32,000 nucleotides of DNA from Aliivibrio fischeri ES114 (GCF_000011805.1 NC_006841.2); one strand, 5' to 3'. Shown: positions 18,502-27,091, counted from the first letter of the stretch. Translations and numbers: made by a program. The notes: generated from the sequence alone by a model not told the origin.

Positions 18502-19757
18502 AAACTTATCCCAAAGCGTTGGCACACATCTAACGCACTTCTTACTCCATCTTCATGGAATCCGTTGTACCAATAAGCACCAGCAAAGTGTGTATGATTA
18601 TGTCCACACACTTCTTCTCTACGTTGCTGAGCTTCTAATGTATCTAAATTAAATACTGGGTGATCGTATTTATACATTCCTAATATTTTGTCTTTATGAA
18701 TAAGCGGTGAATTATTCAACGTCACGCAAAAGGTGGTTTCTTTGGTTTCTAGACCTTGAAGAATATTCATATTATAGGTCACGCTAGAAGGACGATTTTT
18801 GTCGGTCACATCCAAATGATAATTCCATGCTGCCCATGCTCGCTTTTGCATAGGTAACAAGCTTTCATCCGTATGCAGCACCACTTCATTCTCTTGATAA
18901 GTCAGTTTAGACAGAACTTCTTTTTCTTGCTCTGAAATATCCGTTAGCATCGCTAGCGATTGGTCACTATGACAAGCTAAAATCACCTCATCAAATTCAT
19001 GCTCATGCTGATTATCAATGGTTAATGTCACTCCATTATCATGACGAACCACACCAGTAACTGGACTGTTAAGATGGATATTATCTTTAAATGACTCAAT
19101 CAAAGGGGCGATATAAGAATGCGAACCATTAGGAATAACATACCATTGTGGACGATTTGCTATGTCCAATAACCCATGATTATGGAAAAAACGAACAAAG
19201 AAATGCAACGGGAAGCTTTTCATATCTTGCAGGCTAGATGACCAAATTGCGGCTCCCATCGGTAAGATATAATGCTCAGCAAAATAGGTACTGTAACCAT
19301 CTTCGTGCAGCATATCACCCAAGGTACAGTCAGCATCAATATGCTCTTTATGCCATAAAGCTTTACATTGTTTATTAAAACGTAGAATTTCGCTAATCAA
19401 TGAGAGAAATTTAGTATTAAAAATATTTGAACGTTGAGCAAATAACGTATTTAAATTATGTCCATTATATTCCAAACCTGAGATCACGTTTTTTACACTA
19501 AAACTCATTTCTGTTTCTTGCCCAGATAAGCCAAGTTGAGTTAACAGCTCAATAAAATTTGGATAAGTTCTATTATTAAAAACGATAAATCCAGTATCAA
19601 TATCCCACTCTTTTCCTTCTGCTTTTACTGTTTTTGTTGCAGTATGCCCACCAATGTAATCATTGGCTTCAAATACAGTAACTTGATGCTCTCGACTTAA
19701 TAAATGTGCACAAACTAAGCCCGAAATACCTGTTCCAACTACGGCAATTTTTTTCAT
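18498..19757 (-). CDS. NAD/FAD-dependent amine oxidase-like oxidoreductase
   Basis: MKKIAVVGTGISGLVCAHLLSREHQVTVFEANDYIGGHTATK Rossmann motif; DTGFIVFNNRTYPNF. Confidence 0.92.
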   Translation of the reverse strand: MKKIAVVGTGISGLVCAHLLSREHQVTVFEANDYIGGHTATKTVKAEGKEWDIDTGFIVFNNRTYPNFIELLTQLGLSGQETEMSFSVKNVISGLEYNGHNLNTLFAQRSNIFNTKFLSLISEILRFNKQCKALWHKEHIDADCTLGDMLHEDGYSTYFAEHYILPMGAAIWSSSLQDMKSFPLHFFVRFFHNHGLLDIANRPQWYVIPNGSHSYIAPLIESFKDNIHLNSPVTGVVRHDNGVTLTIDNQHEHEFDEVILACHSDQSLAMLTDISEQEKEVLSKLTYQENEVVLHTDESLLPMQKRAWAAWNYHLDVTDKNRPSSVTYNMNILQGLETKETTFCVTLNNSPLIHKDKILGMYKYDHPVFNLDTLEAQQRREEVCGHNHTHFAGAYWYNGFHEDGVRSALDVCQRFGISL

Positions 19758-20494
19758 TTTCGTTTCATCCTTAAAGCCATCCATTGCCAAATACACGAAG
19801 GAAGTGCCCCCATCAAGATGAGAAAACGAGTAAAAGGAAATGGAAAATGAATGTGTTGTTTATTGTTATTAATTCCATTAATAATGTGATCTGCGGCTTT
19901 ATCCGGCTCTATCAACATTGGCATGGGGAAATCATTTTTATCTGTTAATGGTGTTTTTACAAAACCAGGGGCGATAACACTGATGGTTAATCTTTCTTTT
20001 GGTATATCCAATTGCAGTGATTGCGCTAAATAATGAATAGCAGCCTTACTTGCTCCGTAAGCTTCAGCACGTTGAAAGGGAACAAAAGCAGCACTTGATC
20101 CCATTAATGCAAGATGACCTTTTTGTTTCATTTTAGGAAGTAACGCTTGCAAGCAATAACCTATAGATATCACATTAGTATTGATGACTCGCTCAAATAG
20201 CTCAGCGTCAAATCCCATTGCATCATCAATGTATTCACAGGTGCCAGCATTAAGAATCGCAATATCTAAAGACTCAACCTCGGTAAGTACATCTATAATT
20301 GCATCATGGTGATTCATATCAAATACAATTTTAACTAACTTATCACTCTTCTCTGCATCAATAAGCGACGATGATTTTAGGTACGCTTGGAAATTACGAC
20401 CACACGCATATACTTTGTCACCTGCTTGTAGGTATTTTTCAACTAAAGAAAGTCCAATTCCGGAAGTGGCTCCTGTGATTAATACATTTCTCAT
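19754..20494 (-). CDS. Short-chain dehydrogenase/reductase
   Basis: VLITGATSGIGLSLVEKYL, YGASKAAIHYLAQSL catalytic YxxxK. Confidence 0.92.
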   Translation of the reverse strand: MRNVLITGATSGIGLSLVEKYLQAGDKVYACGRNFQAYLKSSSLIDAEKSDKLVKIVFDMNHHDAIIDVLTEVESLDIAILNAGTCEYIDDAMGFDAELFERVINTNVISIGYCLQALLPKMKQKGHLALMGSSAAFVPFQRAEAYGASKAAIHYLAQSLQLDIPKERLTISVIAPGFVKTPLTDKNDFPMPMLIEPDKAADHIINGINNNKQHIHFPFPFTRFLILMGALPSCIWQWMALRMKRK

Positions 20495-20931
20495 GCTTGC
20501 ACCCTCTTTTTAATGAACTTAACCATAGGGCCAATAAGAGGCAAATGCTCGTAAACCATTTGTCCCATATCAAGAAAATCTCTGTGATAAAAAACTTTAT
20601 CATTGAATTTAATATGAGAGACACCTTCAACACTGATGCTTTTACCTTTACCTATTTTTGGATGTTTATAATTCATTGTCCAAAAAAGCGTCGCTTCACC
20701 TTGTGTTAAATTAATATCTTCAATTACATGATGGATGGTAAATTTACATTCAATAAGATTCGTGTACAGATGTGTGAAGTAGTCGGTTAGTTCATCAATT
20801 CCATTGATTTCGTGAACAGCATCAATGAACTGAACATCATAAGAATAGATTTCTGAGAGATGATGCAGTGTATGTTTGTTTAGCCCGCCGTATAAAGCGA
20901 TAAATTTTTGAATAAAGCCAGAATGATCCAT
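20491..20931 (-). CDS. NTF2/SnoaL-like family protein
   Basis: MDHSGFIQKFIALYGG...YSYDVQFIDAVHEINGIDELTDYFTHLY. ATG at 20931 has an AAGGAAG RBS; the track start 20994 would lie inside the predicted promoter/hairpin. Confidence 0.82.
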   Translation of the reverse strand: MDHSGFIQKFIALYGGLNKHTLHHLSEIYSYDVQFIDAVHEINGIDELTDYFTHLYTNLIECKFTIHHVIEDINLTQGEATLFWTMNYKHPKIGKGKSISVEGVSHIKFNDKVFYHRDFLDMGQMVYEHLPLIGPMVKFIKKRVQA

Positions 20932-20967
20932 ATCTGTACTTCCTTTTATCTTAGTCATACACCTATA

Positions 20968-20993
20968 TACGCTTAGTGAAATATAAAAGATCA
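20968..20993 (-). promoter_or_regulatory. Candidate ECF sigma promoter driving the NTF2-SDR-FAD-DUF1365-cfa-... genes
   Basis: Minus strand TGATC (20993-20989) - N17 - CGTA (20971-20968), identical architecture to the rpoE upstream site. Confidence 0.72.
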
Positions 20994-21014
20994 CATCCTG
21001 TGATCTTTTATATT
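20980..21014. repeat. Perfect 16-bp inverted repeat with 3-nt loop between chrR and the downstream genes (possible terminator/attenuator)
   Basis: AATATAAAAGATCACA-TCC-TGTGATCTTTTATATT; arms 20980-20995 and 20999-21014. Confidence 0.92.
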
Positions 21015-21033
21015 CATTATTTAAGTATGGTTG

Positions 21034-21723
21034 CTAATACAATAAATTTCCAATTGGATTGAATAACTTACTTAGCCCTTGTTTAAAGTATAGTGGTGCA
21101 TTTTGAACCGTGTAACACAAACAACCTTCTGACGTTTTAGGGCTGTGACTATTTGATGCGTCTAGCCAAATAAAATCCCCTTTTTGATAATGACCGGATT
21201 CATCTTCAAAGCTGCCATCGAGTAATAGGGTTAACTCAAATCCTTTGTGAGTATGATGAGGAATTTCACCACCGGGCTTAATATGAAGCAAGTTAGACCG
21301 AGTGTCTTGTTCCTCATTTAAACGAGTTCGACTCACTGCACCTAAATGGTTCCATTTTAAGTTGTCGTATCGATGTAAAATGTAAGGAAGCTGGTATTCT
21401 TTATCATCAATAAATAATGTGTATACAGGCTCTGGGGCTAAATGAGTAGGCTCTATTTCTAATGCCATGATATTAGCCAGCATAGAGTCGAAACCATCAC
21501 TGTCAATTGCTTTCTCATTGGCATCTTTTTCTTCTTTACTGCCTGTTGAATCCCATGTTTTGCTCGCAAGACGATTGGTAATAGCATCAAGTTTCTTTTG
21601 ACACTGTGGACATAATTCACAGTGTAATGAAATAGCCACCGCTAATGATTCGGGTAAATCACCATTTGCATGAGAACTCAAAAGCTCATCTTTGGGATGG
21701 TAAGTGATCTTATTCATGCTCAT
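21034..21723 (-). CDS. chrR: ChrR family zinc-binding anti-sigma factor
   Basis: N-terminal ZAS-like motif HCELCPQC, C-terminal cupin (IPHHTHKGFELTLLLDGSFEDESGHYQKGDFIWLD); overlaps the ECF sigma gene. Confidence 0.93.
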   Translation of the reverse strand: MSMNKITYHPKDELLSSHANGDLPESLAVAISLHCELCPQCQKKLDAITNRLASKTWDSTGSKEEKDANEKAIDSDGFDSMLANIMALEIEPTHLAPEPVYTLFIDDKEYQLPYILHRYDNLKWNHLGAVSRTRLNEEQDTRSNLLHIKPGGEIPHHTHKGFELTLLLDGSFEDESGHYQKGDFIWLDASNSHSPKTSEGCLCYTVQNAPLYFKQGLSKLFNPIGNLLY

Positions 21724-22321
21724 ACTCCTGACGCAATTTAGTTAACGCTAAGCGTAATCGAGATTTTATCGTTCCTATTGGCTCTGCAAGCTGTTCAGAT
21801 AACTCTTGCTGAGTTAGCCCTTGCACATATAGTCCTTCAATAACAATTCGTTGAGGTAATGGTAATAGCATGAGTGCTTTTTCAAGATTCTTATTCTCGA
21901 GGAAATCAACCGAATTGGTTTCAACTTGTTTGTCATATAGTGGCCACAAATCCTCACTAATTGTATCTTCTTTATTAGTTTGAATTTTTCTTAACATATC
22001 GAAGCTATGGTTACGCATGATAGTAAAAATCCAACCTGAGGCATTGCCTTTACTACGGTTGAATAATGTGGCTTTTCGCCAAACTAACGTCATAGTTTCT
22101 TGAACTAAGTCCATTGCTAGACTTTGATCATTAAATCGTTTTAAACCATACATTTTGATCTTAGGAGCAAACCACTTAAAAAGCTCAGCGAATGCAACTT
22201 TATCTTGCGTCTCACCGACTTTTCTTAACCAAGAATCTATTTGAACCGAACTGTCTTTGTCACTGTTCGGTCTATCTGCAATGCTCACTCGAGTGACAAC
22301 CTCTACCTGTTGAATATGCAT
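21710..22321 (-). CDS. rpoE: ECF RNA polymerase sigma factor, ChrR-associated (ECF11-like)
   Basis: Region 2 FNRSKGNASGWIFTIMRNHSFDMLRK; region 4 LPLPQRIVIEGLYVQGLTQQELSEQLAEPIGTIKSRLRLALTKLR; paired with chrR. Distinct from the RseA-type rpoE. Confidence 0.93.
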   Translation of the reverse strand: MHIQQVEVVTRVSIADRPNSDKDSSVQIDSWLRKVGETQDKVAFAELFKWFAPKIKMYGLKRFNDQSLAMDLVQETMTLVWRKATLFNRSKGNASGWIFTIMRNHSFDMLRKIQTNKEDTISEDLWPLYDKQVETNSVDFLENKNLEKALMLLPLPQRIVIEGLYVQGLTQQELSEQLAEPIGTIKSRLRLALTKLRQEYEHE

Positions 22322-22345
22322 ATTGACTCCCTCTATTTTTTATCT

Positions 22346-22373
22346 ATTACGAGAGAGAGAATAAAAAAGATCA
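22346..22373 (-). promoter_or_regulatory. Candidate autoregulated ECF sigma promoter of rpoE-chrR
   Basis: Minus strand TGATC (22373-22369) - N17 - CGTAAT (22351-22346), about 25 nt upstream of the rpoE ATG with a GAGGGAG RBS. Confidence 0.75.
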
Positions 22374-22542
22374 CTATAAAATATAAAACATCTTATTTTG
22401 AGCATAGTTGAATGATCACAAAATCAGAAAAAACTGAAAAAGTAATAATATAAATAAGTTAGCAAGTTAAATGTACTTACAATTAATCAGTTGAATTATA
22501 GTCAAATTAAATAATAATGAATTTTTTTAACCGTGATTTTCT

Positions 22543-22869
22543 ATGAAAAAATTCATTCTGCTTCTTCTAATTTCATTTTCTGCATCTGTATACAGCTATG
22601 AATATGGTGATCCAGTAAAAGGAAAAATAAAAGCGCCTAGTTGTATTTTCTGCCATGGCGAAATAGGTAAGGCAAGCAATAGTGCGTACCCTAATTTGGA
22701 TATGCAAAATGAAATGTATCTATATTTATCGATGAAATCCTATCAAAACGATGAAAGGAAAGGCCCTCTAGCACAAATGATGAAGGCCCAATTACAACGA
22801 TTAAATGATCAAGACTTAAGAGACATTGCCGCTTTCTATGCAAATGCATCTAAAAGCAAAAATAAATAA
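22543..22869 (+). CDS. Periplasmic monoheme c-type cytochrome
   Basis: Signal peptide, CIFCH heme motif, distal Met-rich region, C-terminal LNDQDLRDIAAFYAN. Confidence 0.88.
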   Translation: MKKFILLLLISFSASVYSYEYGDPVKGKIKAPSCIFCHGEIGKASNSAYPNLDMQNEMYLYLSMKSYQNDERKGPLAQMMKAQLQRLNDQDLRDIAAFYANASKSKNK

Positions 22870-24068
22870 TCAATTTCTTCTATGGTGTTGTAATGCATAA
22901 AACCAATGCGGACAACACCTCCTCGCTCATAAAAACCTAGCTGTTTAATTAAACCAATCGCATAAAAATGTCCGCTCCACACACACACATTATATTCAGC
23001 TAATACTTTGGCTATCTCTTCAGGCTTTATGCCATCAATACGAAGTGCAAATGTCGGGGTACGCTCAGTCAATTTGTTCTTATCATTAATGCCATATAAA
23101 TGTATCCACGGACGTACCGCAAGTTTATTTAAAAAATGCTGTGTTAATTCATCTTCATGTATTTGGTATTGCTCAAAGCTCTTTTTCAGCCTATCCCTTA
23201 AAGAGAGAGACTTTCTTCCCCATTGAGCCAAATATTCAACAGCACTGGTTAAACCGGCTAAAGCTTCAAAACTTTGAGTCCCAGTCTCAAAGCGACCGGG
23301 ACCAACATTTGTCGCAGGCTCAACTTTATAGGGAAATAAAGCGTACATCCATTTTGGTGATACATAAGCAATGCCCACATGAGGCCCAAAAAATTTATAT
23401 GCTGAACACGCTAAAAAGTCACATCCAAGCGCTTGAACATCGATAAGATGATGAGGGGCATAATGAACAGCATCCACATAAACCATAGCGTTCACATTAT
23501 GTGCTGCTTCAACAATTGATTTCACATCAACAATTGAACCTGTGGTATTAGAAGCATAAGTGGTTGCGACTAATTTCGTTTTTTCTGTTAACAATGAATA
23601 AAGGTGTTCCATATCCAAAGTACAGTCATCTTCTTTAACTCTTACTTGATGAACAATCACCCCTTTATCTTCTGCAGCTTGCTGCCAACTTGATACGTTT
23701 GAATAGTGATCAAGTGCAGTGACAATAATCTCATCCCCTCTTTTCCAGTCTCGGCTAATGGCACGACTCAGCTGAAAAGTAAGTGAGGTCATGTTAGGGC
23801 CAAATATGATGTTTTCTTCGCTCTTCGCATTGAGCAATGCCGCACATGAAAGTCGAGCTTGATTTAATACATTATTTGTATTTTTACTGGAAAAAAAGTG
23901 TCCGCCCAAATTTGAATTGGAAAAACCAAGATAGCGAGACATGGAATCAATCACACTTTGAGGTACTTGTGAGCCACCCGGTCCATCAAAAAAAATAACG
24001 GGTTTATTGTCTACCTCTTGCGTTAAAGAAAGAAACTGTGTTCTAACGTTATTAGGAGTGAAATTCAT
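22836..24068 (-). CDS. Class V aminotransferase / cysteine desulfurase-like PLP enzyme
   Basis: YVDAVHYAPHHLIDVQALGCDFLACSAYKFFGPHVG PLP lysine motif; GRFETGTQSFEALAGLTSAVEYL. Confidence 0.9.
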   Translation of the reverse strand: MNFTPNNVRTQFLSLTQEVDNKPVIFFDGPGGSQVPQSVIDSMSRYLGFSNSNLGGHFFSSKNTNNVLNQARLSCAALLNAKSEENIIFGPNMTSLTFQLSRAISRDWKRGDEIIVTALDHYSNVSSWQQAAEDKGVIVHQVRVKEDDCTLDMEHLYSLLTEKTKLVATTYASNTTGSIVDVKSIVEAAHNVNAMVYVDAVHYAPHHLIDVQALGCDFLACSAYKFFGPHVGIAYVSPKWMYALFPYKVEPATNVGPGRFETGTQSFEALAGLTSAVEYLAQWGRKSLSLRDRLKKSFEQYQIHEDELTQHFLNKLAVRPWIHLYGINDKNKLTERTPTFALRIDGIKPEEIAKVLAEYNVCVWSGHFYAIGLIKQLGFYERGGVVRIGFMHYNTIEEIDYLFLLLDAFA

Positions 24069-24708
24069 CAACATTATCCTTAGCGGTTAAAACAAAAACG
24101 TCCATATGCCCTTCTTTCTGCTGATCAATTAAACGGATTGGTTTACCGTTGTGCCAAAGTTTTCTATCGTCAACAAGAGCCACATCACCATCGGCTAAGA
24201 TCTTTTTAAAGAATGGGGTTTCATCAGAATTTTCATAAACCAATAACTCTCCACCGTCTATATTGGAGCGATCGATACCAATAATGGCAATGTGGTCGAA
24301 ACCATCTTGGTGCACACCTTCTGGCGCTATTTCAGTTTCATCATATATCGCAGCAATGCGCATTTGATGAATTTCAATTTCTTGCCCATTTGGAAGATCA
24401 TTTAAATCCATAAAGATCTGGCACATTTCTAACATACCGTCACTATGTAGAATACCTGACTCTATAGCCTCAAACTCACGAAGAACATCACCTTGAAAAT
24501 GATTTATATCTTCGCTTTGAACAAAATTATGCTTATTAGTTTCGATGATTTTTTCATTAACAATGCGGATAACTGAATACCGTCGTAAACGATAATTACC
24601 ATCTGCATGGGTTGTTTTAGGAAGACCAGAAAAGGAAGGTGCAAGTTGATGAACAGCATCATGACTCAAATGAGTAAGCTGTAATGACATTTCGTGTGAG
24701 TGATACAT
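24052..24708 (-). CDS. 2OG-Fe dioxygenase family protein (PF10014-type, free-amino-acid hydroxylase-like)
   Basis: IAPEGVHQDGFDHIAIIGIDRSNIDGGELLVY ... ALVDDRKLWHNGKPI, HxD...H metal motif. Confidence 0.82.
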   Translation of the reverse strand: MYHSHEMSLQLTHLSHDAVHQLAPSFSGLPKTTHADGNYRLRRYSVIRIVNEKIIETNKHNFVQSEDINHFQGDVLREFEAIESGILHSDGMLEMCQIFMDLNDLPNGQEIEIHQMRIAAIYDETEIAPEGVHQDGFDHIAIIGIDRSNIDGGELLVYENSDETPFFKKILADGDVALVDDRKLWHNGKPIRLIDQQKEGHMDVFVLTAKDNVDEFHS

Positions 24709-24937
24709 AATGCCTCCCGCATAATATATTTAACAATTAAGTTACACTTTATTATTTACGCAGAAATTCTGATAAATCAAACTAAACAGTTATTTCATTC
24801 ACTCAAATATACAAAATCAATATATAAATTCAGCATTGACAATTTATTTAGTTATTAATTCCAAGAATAAAGAACCTAAAGATGAAATAGCAACATCCTT
24901 CACTAAATTAACGCTAAGATTATAATTTAAAAGACAT

Positions 24938-26140
24938 TTATTTTGGCTGTGCCTGCTTATTCCACAATAAGACCAATAGCATACTTATGGTTATCACTAA
25001 ATAAAATATGCCTAAATTTACTTGGTCCGTTACCCAGTTTTTTACTAAATAGCCACCTAAAAGACCGGAAAGACACATTTGAACTGAGCCTGACAACGCG
25101 GAAATAGTTCCTACTTTATGTGTATGGGGTGCAAGTAATAAATTGATCGATAATGGAAAGCTGATCCCTTGTGCTATTGCAAGTAAAGTAAACGCAAAAA
25201 CCAGTGAAAAAATGGACGTTGAAGCGAAAAGTAACCATAAACCTGAGATAGTCATAATCACTAACGCTAAGCTCATTAATTGATTTATCGAGCATCGTTT
25301 ATTTAAGCTATTAAGCAAAAAACTTCCCATCATAAGCCCAGCAGATGGAATAATCATGGTTTGACCATATTCTGCAGCGGTTAGTCCAAATCCATCTTGT
25401 AGTAAAAATGGTAAAAGAGACACGGAAACCAAACTTGCAAGATAACTCACCCAATTTAATCCTGCACTAGAGATAATCTGAGGGTTTTTAATCAACGCAG
25501 TGTAATCTCGTAACGTCTGAGTAATACTGAACTTTTGAGGGGCGTAAGGTAACGTCTCAGGCAATATGAAATAACCAATAATCAATATACATATTAGATA
25601 TATCAGTACAAACCCAAAAACCCACTGCCAACTAAAGTGCCATGCAACCCATCCACCAATAACAGGAGCAAGAATAGGTAAAATGGATGCAGTAATCGAT
25701 ATGTAAGACATAGCTTTAGTTAGGTGGTAACCACTATAACTATCTCGTAAAACACTCCGCCCTAATACAGATGCACTACCAGCACCCAACCCTTGTAATA
25801 AGCGACCTAAGACTAATGCCGTAAAATTATTGGTCATTGTGAAGCAAAGCAAGGTGCCAACTAAATACACACCCTGACCCAATATAAAAATAGGACGTCT
25901 TCCTAACGCATCAGATAATGGGCCATAAAATAGCTGTGAGCCACCAAACCCGACCAAAAATAAAGTCACAAGTAACTGAACATCAGCTGAAGATATACCC
26001 AGTTCTTGGCTAATAAGTGGCAAAGAAGGCAAATAGATACTTACACCAACTTGCCCCGTAGCGATGATCATCATAGCTAAAAGCAAAGGGGTTTTATTTA
26101 ATCGGCTTGGCGACAATGTATCTGTATTATTCGTATTCAT
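24938..26140 (-). CDS. Bcr/CflA family multidrug efflux MFS transporter
   Basis: 12-TM MFS; GPLSDALGRRPIFILGQGVYLVGTL and GLGAGSASVLGRSVLRD motifs. Confidence 0.92.
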   Translation of the reverse strand: MNTNNTDTLSPSRLNKTPLLLAMMIIATGQVGVSIYLPSLPLISQELGISSADVQLLVTLFLVGFGGSQLFYGPLSDALGRRPIFILGQGVYLVGTLLCFTMTNNFTALVLGRLLQGLGAGSASVLGRSVLRDSYSGYHLTKAMSYISITASILPILAPVIGGWVAWHFSWQWVFGFVLIYLICILIIGYFILPETLPYAPQKFSITQTLRDYTALIKNPQIISSAGLNWVSYLASLVSVSLLPFLLQDGFGLTAAEYGQTMIIPSAGLMMGSFLLNSLNKRCSINQLMSLALVIMTISGLWLLFASTSIFSLVFAFTLLAIAQGISFPLSINLLLAPHTHKVGTISALSGSVQMCLSGLLGGYLVKNWVTDQVNLGIFYLVITISMLLVLLWNKQAQPK

Positions 26141-26159
26141 AATGTTAGTTTACATTGAC

Positions 26160-26188
26160 CCTATATAAATGATAATAGACTATATAGG
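26160..26188. repeat. Dyad in the MFS/LysR divergent promoter (candidate LysR operator)
   Basis: CCTATATA-N13-TATATAGG perfect 8-bp arms, 30 nt upstream of lysR and 20 nt upstream of the MFS start. Confidence 0.55.
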
Positions 26189-26218
26189 AATCACATTAAT
26201 TCCTAACAGGACCGAATT

Positions 26219-27091
26219 ATGGATTGGATTGAGAGTGTAAAAAGCTATATTAAAGTCGTTGAAGAAGGCAGTTTTAATGCAGCGGCCTACCAACTAAATA
26301 CTTCAGGTTCAGCAATTAGTAAGCGTATTAATTGGCTTGAAGAGCGTGTTGGAGTTCAACTCTTAACACGAACCACACGTTCTGTTCATCAAACAGAAGC
26401 TGGTCTACTTTTTTATCAACGTGCAAGGTTACAGTTAGATCAATGGCAACATTTAGTTGATGAAACACGAGCCATAAACCAAACTCCAGCAGGCCTATTA
26501 AAAATCGGCGCAACACTTGCTGTTGGATCCAAATTTATTATTAAATATCTTGATGAATTCTTAGCCACTTATCCAAAAATAAAAGTTCAACTAATTACGA
26601 CTCTTCCAGGGCAAGTTCCTGAGCATAATGTCGATGTTTTTATCAGCCGTGAGTTAGAGCAACTCAATACGTTTAGCTACAAAGCCACGCATTTATTTGA
26701 GCATCACTCTGGTTTTTTCGCTTCTAAAGATTATCTCGATAAATATGGGACACCAAATAACATTAATGAACTGAAAGCACACAATATGCTCATTTGGGGT
26801 GAACGACCAATTAAAGAAATTAAGTTAACAAACAATAAAAGAGTTACGTTACGTGGTAACTTTGCAACTACCAACCCTGAAGCATTATTCCATGCAGCAA
26901 AGCGAGGTATGGGGATATTATTAACCAGCCAGCAAATGGTTATAGATGATCTTCAATCTGGTGCATTAGTTCCTATTCTTCCTGAGATTACCACCGACCA
27001 TACCAGAGTGAATGCTTATTACCCTACTTTGGATTATGAACATACGAGAACTCAATTATTCATTAAATATCTAAAAACTAAATTAAGTTGA
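26219..27091 (+). CDS. LysR family transcriptional regulator
   Basis: SYIKVVEEGSFNAAAYQLNTSGSAISKRINWLEERVGVQLLTRTTRSVHQTEAG. Confidence 0.93.
   Translation: MDWIESVKSYIKVVEEGSFNAAAYQLNTSGSAISKRINWLEERVGVQLLTRTTRSVHQTEAGLLFYQRARLQLDQWQHLVDETRAINQTPAGLLKIGATLAVGSKFIIKYLDEFLATYPKIKVQLITTLPGQVPEHNVDVFISRELEQLNTFSYKATHLFEHHSGFFASKDYLDKYGTPNNINELKAHNMLIWGERPIKEIKLTNNKRVTLRGNFATTNPEALFHAAKRGMGILLTSQQMVIDDLQSGALVPILPEITTDHTRVNAYYPTLDYEHTRTQLFIKYLKTKLS

Noticed and set aside
22413-22434. TGATC upstream of the cytochrome c gene as another ECF promoter
   Set aside because: No CGTA/CGTT element at the 17-nt spacing (sequence there is TGAA).
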